In this document: positions 28,110 to 33,024 of the stretch, piece after piece
How the letters are laid out: each line of letters begins with the position of its first letter
Numbering within the stretch: position 1 is the first letter of the stretch
Assembly: GCA_044222475.1 (NCBI GenBank)
Contig: JBGANF010000091.1
Location: forward strand, 1 to 33,024
Reading direction: 5' to 3'
Length of the DNA stretch: 33,024 bases
Origin: Polyangiaceae bacterium
GTDB taxonomy: Bacteria > Myxococcota_A > Polyangia > Polyangiales > Polyangiaceae
Program-made: the position numbers and the translations under genes
Notes under the pieces: model-generated
Seen by the model: the letters and a program-made list of their open reading frames with translations, nothing else
The model's database searches: none
What the model was told of the DNA's origin: nothing

Positions 28110-29249
28110 TCAGGAGCTCATGCGGTCGCTGGCGCCGCCGAAGCTCGAGCCGAGCCCGCCGAACGCGCTCGCCCGGCCGGGGACCCAGGCGTCGTCGCCG
28201 CGCCGAGTGCGCTCCTCGGCGATGCGGCGGGCTTCGCTCCGGGCGACGGCTCGCGCCACCGCGATCGCGTCCGCGTCGAGCACGCCCGCTTCGTAGGTGG
28301 CTTCGGGGGTCCAGCGCGCGAGGACGTCGGCGAGGATGCCGGCGCGATCGCGGGGAGCCGGCTCGGCGGGGAACGAGTGAGCGGCCGACACGAAGACGCC
28401 ACCGGGGAGCAGCCACCCGATCGCCGCGCGGACGATCGCGTCCTTCGGGAGCTCGCGGACGAACCAGTCGCCGTAGGCCGAGTGGACGTGGATGTCGCGT
28501 GTGGCGGTCCGCGGACCGTCCCAAGTTGGTACGATGACGAGCACTCGCAGCGCGAGGCTCCCCTCGCCTTGCTTCCGCATGCTCTCGAACGTCTCGGGGG
28601 TGACCTCCCAATAGACGTACGCCGTCTCGGGATCGACGCTCATCGTGACGCACTCGTCGACGCCGTAGTGCGGCGGGAGCGGCCCCGCGTCGAGCATCGA
28701 CGCCGGCTCGGCCGGCTCTTTCGAGGAGCCTTCTTCGGTGGGCTCCATCCAGCTGCTCGTCGACTCCGACTCTTCTTCTTCGGGCTCGGGCGGCATGACC
28801 GGCTCGTCCGGCACGTCGGCCGCGCCCATCTCGAGGCGGCTCAAGAGAGCGCGCGCGGCAGCGTGCTCGGGCTCCTTCTTCAGCACCTGCTGGAGCGTGT
28901 CGAGCGCCTTCTGACGGTGGCCCTGCGTCGCGTAGATCTCGGCGAGGGTCACGGTCGGCACGATCGACGGCGTGCGCTTCGGCGCCGGCGGAGGCGTCTC
29001 GGCCCGGAGCCGGTCGGCCGCGTCGGGGAGGTGGAGCCCGCGCTCGATCACGCGGGCGACCAAATCGCGCGCGCGGCCGAGCCACCCACGGGCGGCGCGC
29101 GCGCGAGCGCGGTCACCGCCGGCTTGGGCGAGCAGGATCTCGTCGACGAGCTCCGGCCGAGTGAGCAGCTTCGCCTTCGCGATGCGGAGCGCTTCGGCCT
29201 GCGCGACGAGGGAGTCCCGATCGAGAGCTTCGAGTGCGTCGCGGTTCAT
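28110..29249 (-). CDS. DUF4912 domain protein with N-terminal Rho-N-like helix and one TPR-like segment
   Basis: LPPHYGVDECVTMSVDPETAYVYWEV...GDWFV is the DUF4912 signature. Also PTVTLAEIYATQGH..KAL..L..VL...P.H and LTRPELVDEI. Confidence 0.75.
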   Translation of the reverse strand: MNRDALEALDRDSLVAQAEALRIAKAKLLTRPELVDEILLAQAGGDRARARAARGWLGRARDLVARVIERGLHLPDAADRLRAETPPPAPKRTPSIVPTVTLAEIYATQGHRQKALDTLQQVLKKEPEHAAARALLSRLEMGAADVPDEPVMPPEPEEEESESTSSWMEPTEEGSSKEPAEPASMLDAGPLPPHYGVDECVTMSVDPETAYVYWEVTPETFESMRKQGEGSLALRVLVIVPTWDGPRTATRDIHVHSAYGDWFVRELPKDAIVRAAIGWLLPGGVFVSAAHSFPAEPAPRDRAGILADVLARWTPEATYEAGVLDADAIAVARAVARSEARRIAEERTRRGDDAWVPGRASAFGGLGSSFGGASDRMSS

Positions 29250-29252
29250 GGA

Positions 29253-30572
29253 TCAGCCCTCGACCACTTCGTCGACGATGGAGAGGCCTTTGTCGACGAT
29301 GTCGAACGCCTCGGCGAGCTGGGCTTCGTTGATGGTGAGCGGCGGGTTGCACATGACGCCGCCCCACTGGAGCACGGTGAAGAGGCCGTTCTCGCGGAAG
29401 AACTTGCCGAGCTTGCCCATGACGGGGTGCGCGCCGGCGTACGGCACGAGGCGCTCGTTCTTGGAGTTCTTCTTGAGCTCGATGATGCCGAAGAGCCCGA
29501 TGTTGCGGTGCTCGCGGACGCACTTGTGCTTGCCGGCGAGGCGCACCATGTGGCCGCGCATGACCTCGCCCATCTTCGCCGAGTTCTCGACGAGCTTCTC
29601 CTCGAGGAGCACGTCGATCACCGCGTTCGCGGCGGCGAGGCACATCGGGTGCGCGTTGTAGGTGAGGCCGCCCCAGAACACGTTCTCGCGGAAGTGGTTC
29701 GCGATGCGATCGCTCAGCGCCATGACGCCGAGCGGCATGTACGAGCTGGTGAGCCCCTTCGCCATCGTGAGGATGTCCGGGACGATGCCGCCGTGCTCGA
29801 ACGCGAAGAGCTTGCCGGTGCGGCCCCAGCCGCACATGACCTCGTCGCAGACGAGGAGGATGCCGTACTTCTCGAGGAGCTTCTTGAGCCCCTGCAGGTA
29901 GCCCTTCGGCGGCGGGAGGATGCCGTTCGTGCCGGTGACGGTCTCGATGAACATCGCCGCGATCGACGTCGGGCCTTCGTACTGGATGACCTCTTCGACG
30001 TACTGGAGGTTGTTCTTGACGATCTCCTCTTCGGTCGTCCCAAAAGAGTAATCGTACGGCATCGGGTCCATGACGCGGACGACGCCGGCCATGCCGGGCT
30101 CGTTGGGGATGCGCCGCGGATCGCCGGTGAGCGACATCGCCCCGTGGGTGGCGCCGTGGTAGCTGCGGTAGCGGACCATGATCTTGTGGCGCCCGGTGAA
30201 GAGGCGCGCGGCCTTGATCGCGTTCTCGTTCGCCTCGGCTCCGCCGAGCGTATAGAAGAACGTGTTGAGGTCGCCGGGGACGAGCTCGGCGAGGCGCTTC
30301 GAGAGCTTCGCGCGGATCTCGGTCGCCATGCTCGGGCCGGCGTAGCAGAGCTCGGCCGCTTGCTTCTGGATCGCGGCGATCACGTGCTTGTGGCCGTGGC
30401 CGATGTTGACGCTCATGAGCTGGCTGTTGAAGTCGATCCAGCGCTTGCCCTCGGGCGAGTAGAGGTAGATGCCCTCGGCCCGGGCGACCGGAATGGGGTC
30501 GACCTTTCCCGTGGCCGACCACGAGAACAGGCTGTGCTTCATGCACAGGTCGATCATTTCCTTCGAATCCAT
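29253..30572 (-). CDS. Class III PLP-dependent aminotransferase (taurine/omega-amino acid type)
   Basis: IDFNSQLMSVNIGHGH, GAEANENAIK, YRSYHGAT, DEVMCGWGRTG and PDILTMAKGLT motifs. Confidence 0.93.
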   Translation of the reverse strand: MDSKEMIDLCMKHSLFSWSATGKVDPIPVARAEGIYLYSPEGKRWIDFNSQLMSVNIGHGHKHVIAAIQKQAAELCYAGPSMATEIRAKLSKRLAELVPGDLNTFFYTLGGAEANENAIKAARLFTGRHKIMVRYRSYHGATHGAMSLTGDPRRIPNEPGMAGVVRVMDPMPYDYSFGTTEEEIVKNNLQYVEEVIQYEGPTSIAAMFIETVTGTNGILPPPKGYLQGLKKLLEKYGILLVCDEVMCGWGRTGKLFAFEHGGIVPDILTMAKGLTSSYMPLGVMALSDRIANHFRENVFWGGLTYNAHPMCLAAANAVIDVLLEEKLVENSAKMGEVMRGHMVRLAGKHKCVREHRNIGLFGIIELKKNSKNERLVPYAGAHPVMGKLGKFFRENGLFTVLQWGGVMCNPPLTINEAQLAEAFDIVDKGLSIVDEVVEG

Positions 30573-30643
30573 GGGCGTATCCTCCGCGCCCGGAACGTAC
30601 TCCGGGAGGCCCCTCAGGGCGAGGCGAAAAAGGGCAAAAAAGG

Positions 30644-30817
30644 CCGAATCGGAAGCGGATTCGGAAGCGGATTCGGAAGCGGAAGCGGAAGCGGAAGCGG
30701 AAGCCGAAGCGGAGGCGGAAGCGGAGGCGGAAGCGGAAGCGGAAGCGGATGCGGAAGCGGAAGCGGAAGCGGGCTCGGATTCGGACTCGGACTCGGACGC
30801 CGATCCGGACGCGGGAC
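30644..30817. repeat. Intergenic imperfect hexanucleotide tandem repeat, 29 units (mostly CGGAAG, then CGGACT/CGGACG)
   Basis: An unbroken 6-bp register runs from ccgaat at 30644 to cgggac at 30817. Confidence 0.9.
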
Positions 30818-30885
30818 GACGAGGCGCGAAAAAGAGGAGAAGGAGAGAATTGGGTGCCCCCGGCTCGATGCCTCGGCGTAGCTCT

Positions 30886-30907
30886 CCGCCGCGCTATCGC
30901 GCGGCGG
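30886..30907 (-). terminator. GC hairpin downstream of the OmpA gene; also resembles the REP stem
   Basis: ccgccgcgc-TATC-gcgcggcgg. Confidence 0.45.
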
Positions 30908-30934
30908 GCGACGTCGTCGAAGCCCTCCCGGACT

Positions 30935-31747
30935 CTAAGGCTTCTTCGGTGGCGTCGCCGGCGTCGGCGGCTTCGGCGCCGTCGTCGTCGGCGGCGGCGT
31001 GGGCGGCTTCGGCGGAGTCGCCGGGCGGAGCTCGGGGATCTTCACGAGCTCCTCGATGTTCGGCACGAGGACGATCTCGATGCGCCGGTTCTTCGCGCGC
31101 CCCGTCGGCGAGCCGTTGCTCTGCGCGGGATCGAACTCGGCGTACCCGGCGGCGGAGAGCGACTCCGGCTTCACGCCCTTCTCGATGAGGAGCTTCACGA
31201 CGGCGAGCGCGCGCGCGTTCGAGAGCTCCCAGTTCGAGGGGAACTCCTTCGTCTTGATCGGGTACGTGTCGGTGTGGCCCGCGACCTGGAAGCGGCGACC
31301 GCTGACGCCCTTGAGCGCGGCGGCCACTTCCTCGAGCGCGGTCTTCCCTTCCGGTTTGATCTCGGTCTTGCCTTGATCGAAGAGGACGTCGGTCGCGAGG
31401 GCGAGGACGATCTGCCCGCGGCGCGTCGTGATGTCGAGCTTGCCGGCGTCGACCATCTTCTGAAACTTCTTCACGAAGTCGTCGAAGAGGCGCGCGCGTG
31501 CGTCGGCGGCGGCCTTCTGGGCGCGGAGCTCTTCGAGCTGGGCCTTCGTCTCGGCGTCGGTCTGTTGGCCTTCGAGCGCGGTGATCTTCGCGGCGGCGTC
31601 GGTGAGGGCCTTCTGGTCGGCGTCGTGTTGCTCTTTGGCTTTGCGTTGCTCTTCTTGGATCGCGGCGTCGTACTGCGATTTCGGGATGCCGCAGGCGGTG
31701 ACACAGGAGACTCCGAGGAGGACCGAGAGGATCGCTGCGCGCTTCAT
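30935..31747 (-). CDS. OmpA/MotB-family peptidoglycan-binding lipoprotein with coiled coil
   Basis: Lipobox VTA-C, coiled coil, DVLFDQG, FQVAGHTD, NWELSNARA..V, GRAKNRRIEI, and a Pro-rich tail. Confidence 0.92.
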   Translation of the reverse strand: MKRAAILSVLLGVSCVTACGIPKSQYDAAIQEEQRKAKEQHDADQKALTDAAAKITALEGQQTDAETKAQLEELRAQKAAADARARLFDDFVKKFQKMVDAGKLDITTRRGQIVLALATDVLFDQGKTEIKPEGKTALEEVAAALKGVSGRRFQVAGHTDTYPIKTKEFPSNWELSNARALAVVKLLIEKGVKPESLSAAGYAEFDPAQSNGSPTGRAKNRRIEIVLVPNIEELVKIPELRPATPPKPPTPPPTTTAPKPPTPATPPKKP

Positions 31748-31797
31748 GGAGCGAGCATCGCATAGTCCGAGGCGGTGTCGGAGGCCGAGTCCGTGGC

Positions 31798-32212
31798 CTA
31801 CGGACGAGGAAGAAGAGGTGGTTTTGCCGCACAGGATCGGCGACCTCCGTCGCGTAGGGCTTGCCGAAACCCCGAGTAGCAGAGAGCAGGAGGAGAATTT
31901 AGTGCCCCCACCCGCCGCCGCTTCGCGGCGTCGACCTCCCCCACGCCTTCGTGCTCGGCGGCGTGCTCGCCTTCGGTCGAGCGCTGCGGGGTGGGCGCGA
32001 GCTTGGCAGCGAGATCGCGATCGCTCGCCCGAAGGCTGCGCGCGCCCGCCTGCGCGCGAAGTCGGGGGAGGTCTGCCGGCGCTTGGGCGACCTGTCCCAG
32101 AGTGGGACGCGCGAACGACGTCGGCGAGACCAGGACCGTCAGGAGCAGCGCGAGGAACGTGATCCACGTCACGAGCACGCGGGACGATCTCGCTGAGCTG
32201 CGTCTCGTCACC
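31798..32212 (-). CDS. Possible small exported hypothetical protein (start and 3' end uncertain)
   Basis: Signal-like VTWITFLALLLTVLVSPTSFA. The 3' part overlaps a REP-like hairpin. Confidence 0.3.
31893..31942 (+). repeat. Degenerate REP-like element
   Basis: gagaatttagtgcccccaccc-gc-cgccgc-TTC-gcggcg-tcgacctccccc has the same layout as copy A (gcccctcac-hairpin-gactctcccc). Confidence 0.5.
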
Positions 32213-32389
32213 ACCGACCGATGGTACCCGCGCTCCGGCGGCGGATCATCGGCGTCCTTCGATCGTCGCGACGGCGTGGCACACTCATTTCTACTCGCCG
32301 GCATCAGCACGCCGGTCCAGTGCACCGTGACGGATACACCGGCGGCGGACACGAAGCGCTCAGCGTGACCTCGGGCCGCAGTGCAGGAC

Positions 32390-32546
32390 TTCCTTTCGCT
32401 TGCGCCAACGCGGCGCGTCTTCGCGAGAGCGAAAGAAGCGTGCCGCGGGTCTGATGCGCTCGGGATCGGACCGAGACCGTCGGGGCCGCGTCACGCTTCT
32501 TTCGCGGGAGGGCGAAAACGCGCCGCGTTGGCGCAAGCGAAAGGAA
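32390..32546. repeat. Long inverted-repeat doublet (~60-bp arms, 37-bp spacer) directly upstream of DUF559
   Basis: 32390-32448 versus 32486-32546: the first 29 bp are perfectly complementary (ttcctttcgcttgcgccaacgcggcgcgt), then each arm has ttcgc-loop-gcgaa with a different loop, then agaagcgtg.cgcgg. Confidence 0.9.
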
Positions 32547-32553
32547 CCTCGTC

Positions 32554-33024
32554 ATGCACAGCTCCACCCCTTCGGGTACCACGAAGCGCGGTCGTCCCTC
32601 GGTCCCGCGCATCACCCTCTTCCGTCGTGACCACCAGCTCCACTACGCCCGGCTCATGAGGCGCTCGCCCACTCGGTCGGAGCAGCTCCTCTGGAAGGCG
32701 TTGCGGTCGCGTGACGCACTCGGCTTCCGCGCTCGTCGCCAGGTGGTCATCGGTGCGTACGTCGTCGACATCCTCATCCCCGCCGCGGCCCTCGTCGTCG
32801 AAGTCGATGGCAGCGCCCACTACGGGCAGGAGTGGAACGATGCTCTCCGTCAGCGGGAGCTCGAGTTTCTCGGGTACTCCGTGTTTCGCGTCACCGCGCG
32901 GGAGGTCGAGCGCGACGTCGCCGCGGTGGTTGGGCGAATCCGGGCGGTGGTCGTCCGGGTGCTGGGGTACGGCGTAGCTTGGTTTGGCGCAGGGTACCCG
33001 CTTGGTACCGTGCGCCGCAATCTC
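32554..33024 (+). CDS. DUF559 family (Vsr-like, PD-(D/E)xK fold) endonuclease; runs off the window end and is not in the ORF track
   Basis: Translation ...HYARLMRRSPTRSEQLLWKALRSRDALGFRARRQVVIGAYVVDILIPAAALVVEVDGSAHYGQEWNDALRQRELEFLGYSVFRVTAREVERDVAAVVGRI.... ATG 32554 follows AAGGAA; an in-frame ATG lies at 32656. Confidence 0.9.
   Translation, partial: MHSSTPSGTTKRGRPSVPRITLFRRDHQLHYARLMRRSPTRSEQLLWKALRSRDALGFRARRQVVIGAYVVDILIPAAALVVEVDGSAHYGQEWNDALRQRELEFLGYSVFRVTAREVERDVAAVVGRIRAVVVRVLGYGVAWFGAGYPLGTVRRNL

Noticed and set aside
27783..30881. 1032-aa plus-strand ORF ending in GS repeats, and ORF 30469..31188 with EA repeats
   Set aside because: Antisense to well-supported genes. The GS/EA runs are simply translations of the hexamer tract.
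30935..31747. Flagellar motor gene motB
   Set aside because: Lipoprotein signal rather than the MotB TM Asp helix, and no motA or flagellar genes nearby. Called only OmpA/MotB family.
32277..32292. TGGCAC-actca-TTTCT as a sigma54 promoter (also TGGCAT at 22591)
   Set aside because: The invariant -12 GC is missing.

Overview
High-GC bacterial chromosomal window, probably Myxococcota/Polyangiales-like (inferred from Cys-rich lipoproteins, sigma54 sites, DUF4912 and codon style). Core content: folP-cdaA-cdaR (c-di-AMP synthesis), an ACAD9/VLCAD-type acyl-CoA dehydrogenase, an acsA-pdhA-pdhB-E2-ACP cluster, a triheme c-type cytochrome lipoprotein, phoB-phoR with an upstream Pho box, a DUF4912 protein, a class III aminotransferase and an OmpA/MotB protein. 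Two stretches stand out. (1) A putative sigma54-driven operon encodes two large paralogous TPR proteins, one with an intact C39-like Cys-His-Asp peptidase site and one with that site lost, followed by a GT-C-type membrane glycosyltransferase. (2) A dispersed family of structured REP-like repeats is tied to DUF559 endonuclease sequences: a decayed DUF559 between inverted repeats at 0.8-1.2 kb, two cargo ORFs bracketed by repeated modules, and an apparently intact DUF559 gene at the right edge (absent from the ORF track) that shares DNA motifs with those repeats. A second MITE-like element with ~100-bp inverted ends carries a probable four-helix-bundle gene remnant. All family assignments come from motif recognition by eye, not database searches.
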